Position numbers and translations under genes: made by a program. From assembly GCF_004010195.1 (NCBI RefSeq), contig NC_057719.1:73894928-73927420 (forward strand): 32,493 bases of DNA, read 5' to 3'. This stretch comes from Chiloscyllium plagiosum (taxonomy: Eukaryota). Under the pieces are notes generated by a model. That model made no database searches and was not told where the DNA came from. It saw nothing but the letters and a program-made list of their open reading frames with translations. Positions 10,036-22,494 of this stretch are shown here, piece after piece. Within the stretch, counting starts at the first letter, position 1; the number at the start of each line of letters is the position of its first letter.

Positions 10036-11096
10036 TTAAGGTTTGATTGCAACAAGGATCCATCCAAGTTTTTAACTGGAACAAAATATATATTGATTGT
10101 CATATTGCGAGTTTATGAAATGACTGTGATGGAACCTTCAGCACCAGATGGTGATGGTGAGGAAAGGTGCTGAGCAGACCATCTCTGGTGGACAGGGTAT
10201 CTGTGTGGCAAGGAAGCCTCCTGGTTTCAAAGGATCAAACAGATAAAAGATTTGCTCAACCTGATTTAAACCGCAGGCTCAATTCCATATAAACATTATG
10301 TCTTCCCTGTTTAGCCTTAATTTCCCTTCATGTTTGAAATGCCAGTGGAATAAAGAATCTTTGCCTCAGATCTTTGGGCCTCCAATGTGTTAAAATCTCA
10401 TGTCGCAAAGACGTATTATGTTGTATTTTTAACATTTGATTAATACACCTAGCTCTCTGTTTCTTTCTTTTTCAATAGGTACTTCATTTGTTGCTAGGTT
10501 TCCCTGTAGTTTTCTTTTTTCTTAGGCACCACTGAAGGAAAACTATCAACTACAGTGGCAATATCTAAGGAAAGAAGCAAGCAGCACTTGATCACTTTGG
10601 ACAGGCATAGAATGAAGTGAAACAGAAGCAAGGCAGATTGGATAAAATTTCATGGTTAGAAAATCAGTGAAGGATAAGGATCAACAAGCAACTGTCATGG
10701 CAGCTGTAAATGGGATGGAAATATTGTTTCAATAATAAAGCTGTCTTTGGTGTCATAAGCGCCAGTTTGGGAATTTAATTGACCAGCAGTGACAAATGTT
10801 CAGTACAGACTTATCTACAATAAGAGTGATTTACTATAGTATTACACACACAAACAGCATTTCTAATATAGTGAATAGATCACACTTCCCCATAGTGATT
10901 GTCATGTTCTCACTGTTTCTGAGGCAATCGACATTTCATATTCTACCAGTGCACCTCAATTCAAGTTTATATTAAAATACTGAAAGGAAATAATTTGAAA
11001 CCACCATAAGTATAAATGTGATAAACAGATAATCAGAAGCAGATTAACACATTGTCCTTTTTAGCACTTTGTACCCGAATTAGAATACAGCTATAA

Positions 11097-11564
11097 AGAT
11101 TAGATTAGATTCTCTACAGTGTGAAAACAGGCCCTTTGGCCTAACAAGTCCACACCGGCCCTCTGAAGAGCAACCCACCCAAACTCATTCCCCTACATTC
11201 ACCCCTGACTAATACACCTTACACTATGGACAATTTAGCATGGCCAATTCACCTAACCTGCACATCTTTGGACTGTGGGAGGAAACCGGAGGAAACCCAC
11301 ACACGACCCTCTGAAGAGCAACCCACCCAAACTCATTCCCCTACATTCACCCCTGACTGATGCACCTAACACTATGGACAATTTAGCATGGCCAATTCAC
11401 CTAACCTGCACATCTTTGGACTGTGGGAGGAAACCGGAGGAAACCCACACAGACATAGGGAGAATGTGCAAACTCCAAGCAGACAATCGCCCAAGGCTGG
11501 AATCGAACCTGGGACCCTGGTGCTGTGAGACAGCAGTGCTAACTACTGAGTCATCGTGCCACCC
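11097..11564 (-). mobile_element. HE1-type V-SINE with an internal tandem duplication
   Basis: (attag)n tail at 11097-11111, antisense tRNA head with B-box ggttcgattcc near 11499-11509, duplicated block at 11159-11303 and 11307-11451. Confidence 0.9.
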
Positions 11565-11989
11565 CAAAAATGAGAAGATGAATATCTCCAGCTGTTCTCA
11601 ATAGAAATTTGTTTCGCCAATTTTTAATGAAGTTCCTCCAAAGCAATGGCCTTAGGCATAAACCTAGTTCCAAACAAATTTTGGTAAGTATTTTCAAACT
11701 GGATTTTGAGGAAAATATTAAAATTCATGTAGAGAAGGTAGAGTTTGGGAGGAAGGCCATACCTCTAAAGCCTGGATTGACTAAGCAAAAGGAAATGTAT
11801 TGTGCCCTTTGCTCATTCTGTGTACAATTTTAAGAATTCTTCCTTTGACCCTAAATAGGGAAATGAAAATTCATTTTCCACTACTGATGATTACAGTGAT
11901 AAGCAACAACCTTAAGAAGAATTTTTAAAATTGAAACAAAACTGCCTATAAAAGAAGCAAACATGAATGTTTGGCCTACTCAAACACAA

Positions 11990-12410
11990 TTGCAAGGATG
12001 TTGCCAGGGTTGGAGGGTCTGAGCTATAGGGAGAGGCTGAATAGACTGGGGTTATTTTCCCTGGAGTGCCAGAAGCTGAGGGGTGACTTGATCAAGCTTT
12101 ATAAAATCATGATGGGCATAGATGAGGGATAATGGAGTCTAAAGCTAGGTTTAAGATTTAAAAGGGACCTAAGTTGCAACTTTTTCATGCAGAGGGTAGT
12201 GCATGTATGGAACACGTGGCTGGAGGATGTGGTGGAGATAGGTAAAAATTACAAAATTAAAGGGCATCTGGATGGGTATATGAATAAAGAAGGGTTTAGA
12301 GAAATATGGACCAAATGCTGGCAAATGGGACTAATTTAGAATATCTAGTTGGCACTGACATGTTGGACCAAAGGGTTTGTTTCATGCTGTACATCTCTAT
12401 GACTCTATGA
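11990..12410 (+). mobile_element. CR1 LINE 3' fragment
   Basis: RMLPGLEGLSYRERLNRLGLFSLECQKLRGDLIKLYKIM, followed by a 3' UTR ending in (actctatg)n. Confidence 0.9.
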
Positions 12411-14665
12411 CATGGCTTTGAATGCTTCAGTGAGAAAGGATGAAGTTTGGACTTCTTTTAGCCTAGCTTTTAATGAATAAAAATGCACTTTGTGAAATGC
12501 AATATTGATTGGTCAAATAAGCCAGCATTGTATGATGAGGAAGCACTACTCCATCAATTGTGAATTATAATAAGTTGTTGGCCAATGTACACTGCTCCAT
12601 TAGCTGTCTGAAAACAGTGTCTTACACTTAATCTCCCCATCAATTTCATTAAACTTGCCACAGAAGGTAAAGTCTAGTATTTATCACCTTAAGTACAAGT
12701 TTAAAGATGTGATGGAATTGCTAATGATTGCCAATAAACATCTCTGGCCCAGGAATTGAGCAATTTTAACTATGGAACCTCATTCCTTCAAGTAGTTGAC
12801 TGTACTGGAGATTTTTAAAAATGCTGATTCTACATTTCAATTCTTATTTTTTTTGGATCATTCATTTTCTCTTGTGATCCAATCAGTCTTTCACTCCTTT
12901 TTCTGTATCTGATATGGTATGTTTAACTGAGGGTCTCAGTATGCATATAACAATGAGACGCACGAAGTGCAAGGAAATCCAATGTGACGGGGATTGACAG
13001 GGTTGATGGAAATGCCTTCTGCCCCACTTTGATGAAGAATAATGTTCTTTTCTTTTAAAGCTGAGTTATACTTTAGCATACACTGGGATGTATTTTAATC
13101 TGTAAGGCTTGCAGCAGGAGCTTGAAGAAAGAATACTGCAAGAAGCTAGCCTCATTGTTTGGGTTTGATATACTCAAGGGTACCTAGAGATGTAGTGTTT
13201 TCAAAATAACTGTGAGCAATGGGAAGCTTAAATTTTAGCTTTATAATTTATCAAGCAAGGAATACACTAGCTCCTTTCTTGTTTAATTCTGCCCTGGCAT
13301 AAATTCTTCTTGGAGGAGACAGAGCATAATCTTTGGGCAATAGTTTGTTTAAAATTGTCTGCTCTTAGTCTACAAAATAAAGCATAATATTAAAGAACAA
13401 AACTAGTTGAAGGCTGAAAATATTATTTCCAAATCTACATGGGCAGTGCAAACTACTACTTTGAATGTCAGCAGAGACTCTTTTTTGGATTATAGAGCGA
13501 CTGCAGTAAAATATTTTCAGACATTTAAGTTTAATTAGAATGTTTTCATGAAAATAACATGAGTCAAAGTCATCCCAGGGAAAATATTTTCATCTGACTT
13601 CAGGAAAACCAACCTGTGCACTTTTCCAGCTGGCAAAAAGTACATGAAACTGATGTTATGACTTTATGAGGGGATGTTCACCTTTTCACGTGGGGTCAGG
13701 TTCACAGAGTGTTTTGTGAGTCAAGAGTGGAGTGTGTGAGGGGTATAGGTACAGTTGCAGACTGGTGAGAAGGCCCCCCCTCATTGTCCAACACAGCAGC
13801 CCAGCTCTCAACAGGCTGCCTAATCCTAGCCCTCACACCCGCAACAGCCCCCAACATATTTTCATATTTGTTCATTCACAGATGTCATAGATGACTAAGT
13901 CGACATTTATTGTTCAATTATTATAGCCCTTGAGACACTGGTAATGATTAATTCCGTGTTACCGTCTTTCACCTCACATTCTCCCTACCACGTCTTGACA
14001 CTTCCATGACTCCATATATCGTGTATAGATCTTCAGAATTTGTACAACTGCAATGGGAATTATTTAAACATTATTGGAAAACCAGTAAATCTCTAATAAC
14101 TTAAGAAAACCCTCAATTCAAACTCACTAACATTAATTAAAAATAGAAAGGAAAATGAAAACATTATAATCTCTTAAATTCCTGCGCAGTTTATAAACAA
14201 ACAAAAACTATGTCAAAGACATATTCTTTATTAAAGGCTCATAAGCATTTGAATTTTTCTTGGATAAAAAAGACTAGCTTTTGAAACCCAGCCAAGCATC
14301 CTCCTTTTAAAATTGAGAAGCTGGCTTCAATGAGGAACAGTGTACACTCAACATTCCCACCCTGCAAAAAAGGCCAGGAAAAAATGAACTGGGATCAGGA
14401 ATGTTCAGAAAATTGAAAGTGTGGCCATTTCTGCACTGAAATGTGCCTTTGTGTCCAGACAAAATTTCAGCTCTCAGGTTCCAAGTTATTTAGAAACGAA
14501 TGGATGCTCATGAAAGAGTTGGCAGTGATAAAGCACATGGAGTAGTTCAATCTGGTGAGAAACTGCGATAAGGTCACGTTATTGCAACACGTTTACGATT
14601 GGAAAATATATGAACAGATTTTCCACTTTAAAATGATGAACTGTTACATTTCATCAGCTATCTGT

Positions 14666-14727
14666 GTTGGCATGGACAAGTTGGACCGAAGGGTCTATTT
14701 CTGTGTTGGATGACTCTATGACTCTAT
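14666..14727 (+). mobile_element. CR1 extreme 3' tip
   Basis: ggcatggacaagttggaccgaagggtctatttctgtgttggatgactctatgactctat matches the 3' ends at 12350-12410 and 17245-17310. Confidence 0.7.
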
Positions 14728-15467
14728 CTGGCTATTTTCTCATTTTCCAATTGCTTGCAGTCATTTCTAGTCGACTGTGAAAGCTTTTCTCCTAAAATGG
14801 GTAGCTGTATTTAAGTTAAAAGATGTTGCTGAACAACATCAACAAGGTTTTCCTTTATTGCCAATGGGTCGGCATTCAGAATTGTTAGGTTGTATGGAAT
14901 CAGGAAGGAATTTAGAAAGCTTAACTTTGTAGTTCAATAATGCACCAATAATTGATTTTTTCTCACTCTCAGCATTAACAATAGCCCTGCTATGCAGAGA
15001 TGTGTCCTTGGGATTCTGACATTTAAACACCTATGACAATGCCAAAGAGAACACACTGGTTTCTCCATACACAATTCCCCTGTATCTGTTGGAATGAAAG
15101 GATGGAGGAGCAACAATTTTGAATTATATTGCTCCCTGGGTCTCATGTTTTATAAATGAAATTGTCAATGAGTTACCTCATATACAGTAACCTGAACCAT
15201 CTGCTTCTATTATAGGTAGTGCACTATGTAGGTTATTTTACGTTTACATCACAGAGGTATTCAAAACCGTTACTCACAAATCAGTAATATTTAATGATCA
15301 GTTGTATAGAGATAAGAGCATGTGAATTAGGAGCAGAAAGGGGGCATTTGGTTCCTCAAGCTTGTTTCACCGTTCAATAAAGTTACAGCTGGTCTGTTTT
15401 ATTTTGAATTCCACATTCTTTGCTTAACAAGAATCTATTTCCCTCAGTTTTTAAAAAAAAATCAACA

Positions 15468-17310
15468 ATTGAGTGTTTGGTTAAGAAAAGGAAAGAAGCA
15501 TATGTCAAGTATAGACAGGATAGATGGAGTGAATCCTTAGAAGAGTATAAAGGAAGTAGGAGTATACTTAAGAGGGAAATCAGGAGGGCAAAAATGGGAC
15601 ATGAGATAGCTTTGGCAAATAGAATTAAGGAGAATCCAAATGGTTTTTACAAATGCATTAAGGACAAAAGGGTAACTAAGGAGAGAATAGGGCCCCTCAA
15701 AGATCAGCAAGGCAGCCTTTGTGTGGAGCCGCAGAAAATGGGGNNNNNNNNNNNNNNNNNNNNNNNNNNNNNNNNNNNNNNNNNNNNNNNNNNNNNNNNN
15801 NNNNNNNNNNNNNNNNNNNNNNNNNNNNNNNNNNNNNNNNNNNNNNNNNNNNNNNNNNNNNNNNNNNNNNNNNNNNNNNNNNNNNNNNNNNNNNNNNNNN
15901 NNNNNNNNNNNNNNNNNNNNNNNNNNNNNNNNNNNNNNNNNNNNNNNNNNNNNNNNNNNNNNNNNNNNNNNNNNNNNNNNNNNNNNNNNNNNNNNNNNNN
16001 NNNNNNNNNNNNNNNNNNNNNNNNNNNNNNNNNNNNNNNNNNNNNNNNNNNNNNNNNNNNNNNNNNNNNNNNNNNNNNNNNNNNNNNNNNNNNNNNNNNN
16101 NNNNNNNNNNNNNNNNNNNNNNNNNNNNNNNNNNNNNNNNNNNNNNNNNNNNNNNNNNNNNNNNNNNNNNNNNNNNNNNNNNNNNNNNNNNNNNNNNNNN
16201 NNNNNNNNNNNNNNNNNNATACAGAACTGTCTCAAAGGTAGAAGACAGAGGGTGGTGGTTGAGGGTTGTTTTTCAGACTGGAGGCCTGTGACCAGTGGAG
16301 TGCCGCAAGGATCGGTGCTGGGCCCTCTAATTTTTGTCACTTACATAAATGATTTGGATGCGAACATAAGAGGTACAGTTAGTAAGTTTGCAGATGACAC
16401 CAAAATTGGAGGTGTAGTGGACAGTGAAGAGGGTTACCTCAGATTACAACAGGATCTTGACCAGATGGGCCAATGGGCTGAGAAGTGGCAGATGGAGTTT
16501 AATTCAGATGAATATGAGGTGCTGCATTTTGGGAAAGCAAACCTTAACAGGACTTATACATTTAATGTAAGGTCCTAGGGAGTGTTGCTGAACAAAGTGA
16601 CCTTGGAGTGCAGGTTCATAGCTCCTTGAAAGTGGAGTCGCAGGTAGATAGGATAGTGAAGAAGACATTTGATATGCTTTCCTTTATTGGTCAGAGTATT
16701 GAGTACAAGAGTTGGGAGGTCATATTGCGGCTGTACAGGACATTGGTTAGGCCACTGTTGGAATATTGTGTGCAATTCTGGTCTCCTTCCTAATGGAAAG
16801 ATGTTGTGAAACTTGAAAGGGTTCAGAAAAGATTTACAAGGATGTTGCCAGGGTTGCAGGATTTGAGCTACAGGGAGTGGCTGACAGGCTGGGGCTGTTT
16901 TCCCTGGAGCGTCAGAGGCTGAGGGGTGACCTTGTAGAGGTTTACAAAATTATGAGGCGTATGGATGGGATAAATAGGCAAAGTCTTTTCCCTGGGGTCG
17001 GGAGTCCAGAACTAGAGGGCATAGGTTTAGGGTGAGAGGGGAAAGATAAAAAAGAGACTTAAGGGGCAACTTTTTCACACAGAGGGTGGTGTGTGTATGG
17101 AATGAGCTGCCAGAGGAAGTGGTGGAGGCTGGTACAATTGCAACATTTAAGAGGCATTTGGATGGGTATATGAATAGGAAGGGTTTGGAGGGATAAGGGC
17201 CGGGTGCTGGCAGGTGTGACTAGATTGGGTTGGGATATCTGGTCAGCATTGACGGGTTGGACCGAAGAGTCTGTTTCCATGCTGTACATCTCTATGACTC
17301 TGTGACTCTA
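15468..17310 (+). mobile_element. Relatively young 5'-truncated CR1 (HER1-like) LINE, ORF2 disrupted
   Basis: GRRQRVVVEGCFSDWRPVTSGVPQGSVLGPLIFVTYINDL...SKFADDTKIGG, LVRPLLEYCVQFWSP, internal stops and frameshifts, tail (actctatg)n. Confidence 0.95.
15744..16218. other. Assembly gap (475 N)
   Basis: Run of N inside the CR1 copy. Confidence 1.
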
Positions 17311-17800
17311 ACCCAACCTCAACATCTTCGGAGGCAGAGTGTCCAAAGTCGCACAGCATGCTAAGAACAGAATTCTCTACATCTCTGTACTAGAAAGGCC
17401 AACCCTTAATTTTTAAGCAGATCTGGGACTTACCGACCAAAGGCAACATCCTTTCATCCACCTTGTCAAGACCCCTTCAGCACCTCACAGGCTTCATTCA
17501 AGTCACCCTCACTCTTCAAAATCCCAATGGAAAGCCAAACTTTCCTCATGACACAAAACACTCATTCCAGATAGCAATCTGGTAAAGCTCCTCTAAACCC
17601 AATCTGAGCATTCAGTCCACTTGTGAGCAGCAGTATTCCATTATGGGGAGGTGTTTACTTTCCTCCAAGTGGCCCAAATATCATTATTTTGAGACATTCT
17701 ACTATACGAACCCAAATCTCTGAGTGGCTGCTGGAAGGTAAAACCATGGCTAATAACATCTGTGTAGGGACCGAGGACCCAGGACTCAAACAAAACAGTC

Positions 17801-18988
17801 TGTGATAGGGGATCCATATATTTAGCAGTGCTGTCAGAGAGTGAACAACAGGAATGTGAGAGACACCTATGTTGATTGATGCAGATGTGTTCTGTAATAA
17901 AATTGGATTATCAAGGAGTACAGAAATGTGTTGGTCTCAGAAAGGGTTTTACCGCAGAAAACCTGAATATGGAAGAAAGCCTTCTGATAAAACCTCCTTT
18001 TCCCTTTGTCCGTACATTCTGTGGAAGCTTGCAACCTGTGGAGATTTTAACATTGAAGAGCAGGATGTTCCAGTTTGGGTGTCAAGTGAACAGTACTTTT
18101 GAGTCCGTTTTTTGTCATTACTCAGAGAAAGATTTTAAAAATTCTTTCACAGGATGAGGGCACCACTGGCGAGGCCAGCATTAATTGCTCAGGGGACAGT
18201 TAAAAGGTCAACAACATTGCTGTGGGTTTGGAGTCACATGCAGACCAGAGCATGTAAGGATGGCAGTTATCTCCCCAAAAGGACATCAGAGAACCAGGTG
18301 AGCTTTTCCAATGATTGGTAATGGATTCATGGTCATTATTTGATTCTTAATTCCAGGTTTTTATTGAACTCAAATTCTGCCATTTGTCATGATAGGATTC
18401 AAACTTGGATCCCCAGGCTGAGTTTCTGGATTAACAATCTAACAATAACACCATTAGACCATCACCTACTCTGAAGATGGAAAAATGACATGAAGGTGGA
18501 GAGCTGTTGTTAGCTGGCAGTGCAGTCCCAGAGCCCATTAGCTGCTTCCATTCTATGGCTATAAATGTGCCTTGGGAGCCATTGATACTTCAGTCTAACT
18601 GAGAGTGGGAGCCAAGGAATCTGTGGGCAGTACTTGCTTGATGTAGCTGAGATAAATAGATTGGAGCTCATAAAATATAAGGGGTAGTGGTCTTGGGTTT
18701 CTGAGGGACCTGTATTATCCACATCTGTTATTTGGTCTGCACTTGGGGTGTTTGACCACAGCCTGTCTGTTAATTCATGTATTCAGACAGATGTTAATTC
18801 TGACTGCTAGTGTATAAGCCATGTATTGTTGATTGTTTTACTTTCCTAACTTTGTACATTGAGATTGTTTGCCTTAGAATCTTGTGGCTTTATTCTCTTA
18901 GTAAGTGTAATTTAAAACTTTATCTACTCTTAAAAAAAGCGCTAGAGATTGTAACATACATTTGTTGGCCTTGTCTGGGATCATAACA
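17801..18988 (+). mobile_element. Candidate solo LTR containing a SINE
   Basis: It ends in ...gggatCATAACA like the LTR at 1800-2426. The tentative start is TGTGATA at 17801 and the TSD is unclear. Confidence 0.35.
18140..18466 (-). mobile_element. tRNA-derived SINE (second family) sharing its 3' tail with the CR1-clade LINE
   Basis: Antisense of a ...gtttgaatcc...atgtgactcca...cacagcaatgt...gcaattaatgctggcc body, homologous to 20570-21060 and 31600-31743. Confidence 0.7.
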
Positions 18989-19736
18989 GCCTAGAGCAGC
19001 GATAGGATTAATTCGGCAAACAACTGCTCAGGAGGCCTGTTGCTGCAGGAAACATGAATCATTTCTTGTAAAGGAAGTTTGGTTGCCATACAATTACATT
19101 CCCATCTAATCTTCTCCTTGCATTAATAAATATCTTTCTTTTTAAACTGTTCTCTGTATGCATCAGCACACACAATACATTCAATGAGCAGCACTGTTAA
19201 ATTTCATCAAGATCAATGTTTTCAAGCTAAATAACTTCACAGCATCTATGATGTTAATGAAAGCCCATTGGCTATACTCACAACTTCTTATTACAGTGTT
19301 TCTCCATGATGTGGATATGTGAAGATTGAAGTGAACCCTGATCTATTGCTGATTCTAGAATGGTAGGCTGACTGACATGTTTCAAAGGGCTCTCATCTTA
19401 CTGTAACGAAGTCCTCAGAAATACATCCCCTAGCTCTTGCATGGGAAATCCTACTCTACCTCTTTCTTGTCACATATGGTAGCATCTCTGAAGTTTGAGA
19501 GGGAATGGGTACTGCTAAGTTGAGAGACAATGGTGTCAACTGAGGGCCTGCCATGAAGCGGTGCTGAGCAATTGCAGTATTCGGTCATTCTGTGCTTTTC
19601 TCTTTGTGTTATTGTCCAATTATTATTTATTCTTTCATAGAATGTGAACATTGTTGATAAGGCCAGGATTGCTGCACAGGTGACAGGGACCCTCTACCTT
19701 GAACCAATGCAATCCATATGGTGTTAAGTACACTCA

Positions 19737-20036
19737 CAGTGCTGTTAAGAATGGAGTTTCAGGAGTTTAGCTGAGTGTCAGTGAAGGAGCAATGAAATAG
19801 CTTAATGTCAGCATGAAATGAGGTTTGAATGGCAACTTGTAGATGGTGGAAATGTGTTGCTGGAAAAGCGCAGCAGGTCAGGCAGCATCCAGGGAACAGG
19901 AGAATCGACGTTTCGGGCATAAGCAGTGCTGTTAAGAATGGAGTTTCAGGAGTTTAACTGAGTGTCAGTGAAGGAGCAATGAAATAGCTTAATGTCAGCA
20001 TGATATGAGGTTTGAATGGCAACTTGTAGACGGTGG
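19737..20036 (+). repeat. 113-bp direct repeat (19737-19849 and 19924-20036)
   Basis: Two copies with 3 mismatches, separated only by a 74-bp PLE fragment. Confidence 0.95.
19850..19923 (-). mobile_element. Penelope-like pLTR fragment, family A
   Basis: aaatgtgttgctggaaaagcgcagc...gaatcgacgtttcgggcataag, one mismatch to 4054-4127. Confidence 0.9.
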
Positions 20037-20569
20037 TGTTCCCATGTATCTGATGCCCTTGTCTTTTGAGAAGTCGTGGGTTTGGAAAGTTCTGTGGAAG
20101 GAAACTTGGTGAGTTGCTGCAGTGCATCCTGTGGTTGGCACATTCTGCTACCACACACCGTTGGTGGTGGAGACAATAACCTTTTGATGGAGTATCAATC
20201 AAATAAGCTGTTTTATCTTGGTGAGCTTCTTCAGTGTTGTTGGACCTTGGGTGGATGCCCCCAGCCTGGTGGTTGGTCAGGTTTATATGATTAAGGTCAT
20301 CTACACTAAATTGCATGAAGCCTGTTTGACTTCTCTCCTCTACTTCTTCATTTAGTACAGCTAGAGGAAGAAAAGAAAACGAGACGTTCAAATCCATTGT
20401 TGATCAGTTGAGTTCATTTGTCCCTTTTGCCATCGGTAATATGAGAGTTTTAATGCTGTAGCTTACAGTCAGGTTCTATAATGTACTAAAAGAAGAGAAG
20501 CAGAATGTTGCCACAGGCTTGTAGGTGGGACCTACTAGTATCCATCTGTGAATCCCTCCAACTGGTGAA

Positions 20570-21060
20570 ATGGTGCATATTGCTAATGTCACTGAACTAG
20601 AAAACCGTGAGTCCCTGGGGACTTTTTTTTCTTCACCTTCTTCTTTTTTTCTTTCTTTTTTTAACACCCGAGTGGCCAGTGACAAACAGTGCCCTTCACA
20701 AAAGCACTCCTGTTTTTTTCTCCCCCACATTACCGCCTAACTGCGGTAGTGCTAAAGGCCCTGGGGACTTGGTTGAAATCCCACCATGGCAATTGGTCAA
20801 TCTCAAATTCAATTAATTAACAAAGGAAAAAAATTGGAATTAGAAGCTTGTCTGAGTGATGGTGATGATGAAAATTACCATGAATTGTTATATAAGCCTA
20901 TTTAGTTCACTCATTATTCATCTGCCTGACACACGTGACTTCAAACCTAAAACAATGTGTTTAATTGTTAACTATTAGTGTTAATAGTGATATGTTACTC
21001 AGTTCAGGAGCAATTAAGAAGGCAACAAAAGCTGATCTTGCCAATGATGCCTAAATCCTT
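20570..21060 (+). mobile_element. tRNA-derived SINE (second family)
   Basis: taatgtcactgaactag...ggttgaaatcccaccatggca (B-box)...acgtgacttcaa...caatgtgtt...ttgccaatgatgcc tail. Confidence 0.65.
20625..20758 (-). mobile_element. Short A-rich-tailed retroposed insertion with hairpins
   Basis: 12-bp TSD ccctggggactt (20613-20624 and 20759-20770). A T-rich tract at 20625-20662 gives an A-rich tail on the minus strand. Hairpin cattaccgc/gcggtagtg at 20728-20751. Confidence 0.7.
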
Positions 21061-21174
21061 TTAAAGCATTTTTAAAAATCACTAGCTTCCTCTTTAGATG
21101 AGGTGCAAAATGAGAGATTTGGGATACATGATCTGTTGGCTTGCTCCAGGAGATATTTTTGTGGAATCAACCTT

Positions 21175-21270
21175 TTCAGAGATGTCATTGTGCACCTCTG
21201 GAGCAGGTGGGTTGTGAACTGGGGTCCCCTGGCTTAGAGGTGGGGACATTACTACAGTGTTATGAGAGCT
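21175..21270 (-). mobile_element. tRNA-derived SINE head remnant
   Basis: Reverse complement gives tgtagtaatgtccccacctctaagccaggggaccccagttcacaacccacc, with A/B-box-like spacing. Confidence 0.4.
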
Positions 21271-22494
21271 CTACTTGCTCTAGTATTAAAAGAAGAATAA
21301 ATTAACTTGAGTAATTCCTGCTCATGTTGCCTATAAAAACAATAAATGGGCCGTTATTAGGTCGGTATAACAATTACATTCCATGCAAAGTTTTTATTCG
21401 AGTGATTCCACATATTAATGTGAGTGAGAGGATGTGAAGGCTGTAGATTTAAAGGGCACAGCCTTATGACCATTGGTGATAAGTCTTCTGGCACTTTAAC
21501 ACAACAAGGGCAAAATGATTGGAAGTAGCAGAGATGTTAAGCCCAGTGCATTTTTGGAAGGTGTGCATGGCTCCTGTTACCTTACAGGAACTGGAAAGAT
21601 CATTAGGAACCAACAGCATCAAGTGGCAAGTACTCGAATTAGCAGTATGACTAACCTAGCCACCTGCTTTTACTGCTGAACTCCTTCAGACCCTCCACCT
21701 GTTGATGCTAAAATAAAATCCCCTTCTTCTGTCTTTGATTTCTGAAAGAACATTTTAATTGTGAAATCGGTAGGGAGGGGATGATTTTTTAAAAGTGTGG
21801 GGGTGTGTATGTTAAATGTTAGCTAACATGCCCTGTACTCTGATGGAGAAAACTTGACCTATTACATACCAAACAGCTCATTACGAGCTGAGGGGTGAGT
21901 ATGGGGAGCATGTTTTCCAATGTATTGTAGGCCTCCACACTGGTATCCTTGGTGGCTGGAAACTGCCAGCAAATCAGACGATGGCAGCTTTTGTGTGCTC
22001 CGGCCTATCTTTGGAGGACCAAGCAGTGAGAAGGTAAATCATTTTAATGGGGGTCGGTCAGAGGTCAGAGATCAAAGGCAACGGTAGAGCGTTGGCTTTC
22101 AGAAATCACCCCTTTGGCCCTCATCCGAGTCTCCAATTGCCCCCTTTTTAAGGTAACTGGAGACACTAGCTCAACCTGGCAGGCAGCTCTAACTTGTTTC
22201 TTTGTCAGGAAACTAGCCACCATTCTCACCCGCTGATGAGTAGAGGTCCCTAAGTGACCATTCATTGACCACTCAAGGACCTTCAGTGTGGGGAATTGAG
22301 AAGTTTGCCTCTGGACTTTCTCGCTCAGAATTTACTTACTGATCTGGCAAGAAGAGGGTAGGTATCTCCCCAGGGTCAACGCAGCCAATTATTTAAAAGC
22401 AAACTACTGTGGACTCTGAAGAGCTGAAATAAAAACAGAAACTGGTGGAGAAAATCAGCAACCAGGAAGAGAGAAACAGAGTTAATGCTTTGAA

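Larger units (their letters stand above)
15315..17620 (-). mobile_element. Old CR1-like 3' remnant split by the young CR1
   Basis: Antisense 3' UTR (taggagcagaaagggggcatttggttcctcaagc...) at 15315-15465 continues after 17310 (ggcagagtgtccaaag...ccttgtcaagacccc). Confidence 0.5.
19630..20250 (-). mobile_element. CR1-clade LINE ORF2 C-terminus and 3' end
   Basis: Minus-strand ORFs give QDKTAYLIDTP...LHHQRCVVA...RMHCSNSP...PNPR and TRASDTWEHHRLQV...SFT. Confidence 0.75.

Noticed and set aside
10505..10620. Acceptor-like ttttcttttttcttag followed by short open frames
   Set aside because: Translations in all frames are unrecognisable and stop quickly.
15420..16578. Long ORFs of 190-285 aa in the ORF track
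   Set aside because: They are artefacts of reading through the 475-N gap. The real residues are CR1 ORF2 with stops and frameshifts.
19090..21382. Shared 13-mer acaattacattcc at 19090 and 21370
   Set aside because: Several 13-mer coincidences are expected in 32 kb, and there is no flanking similarity.
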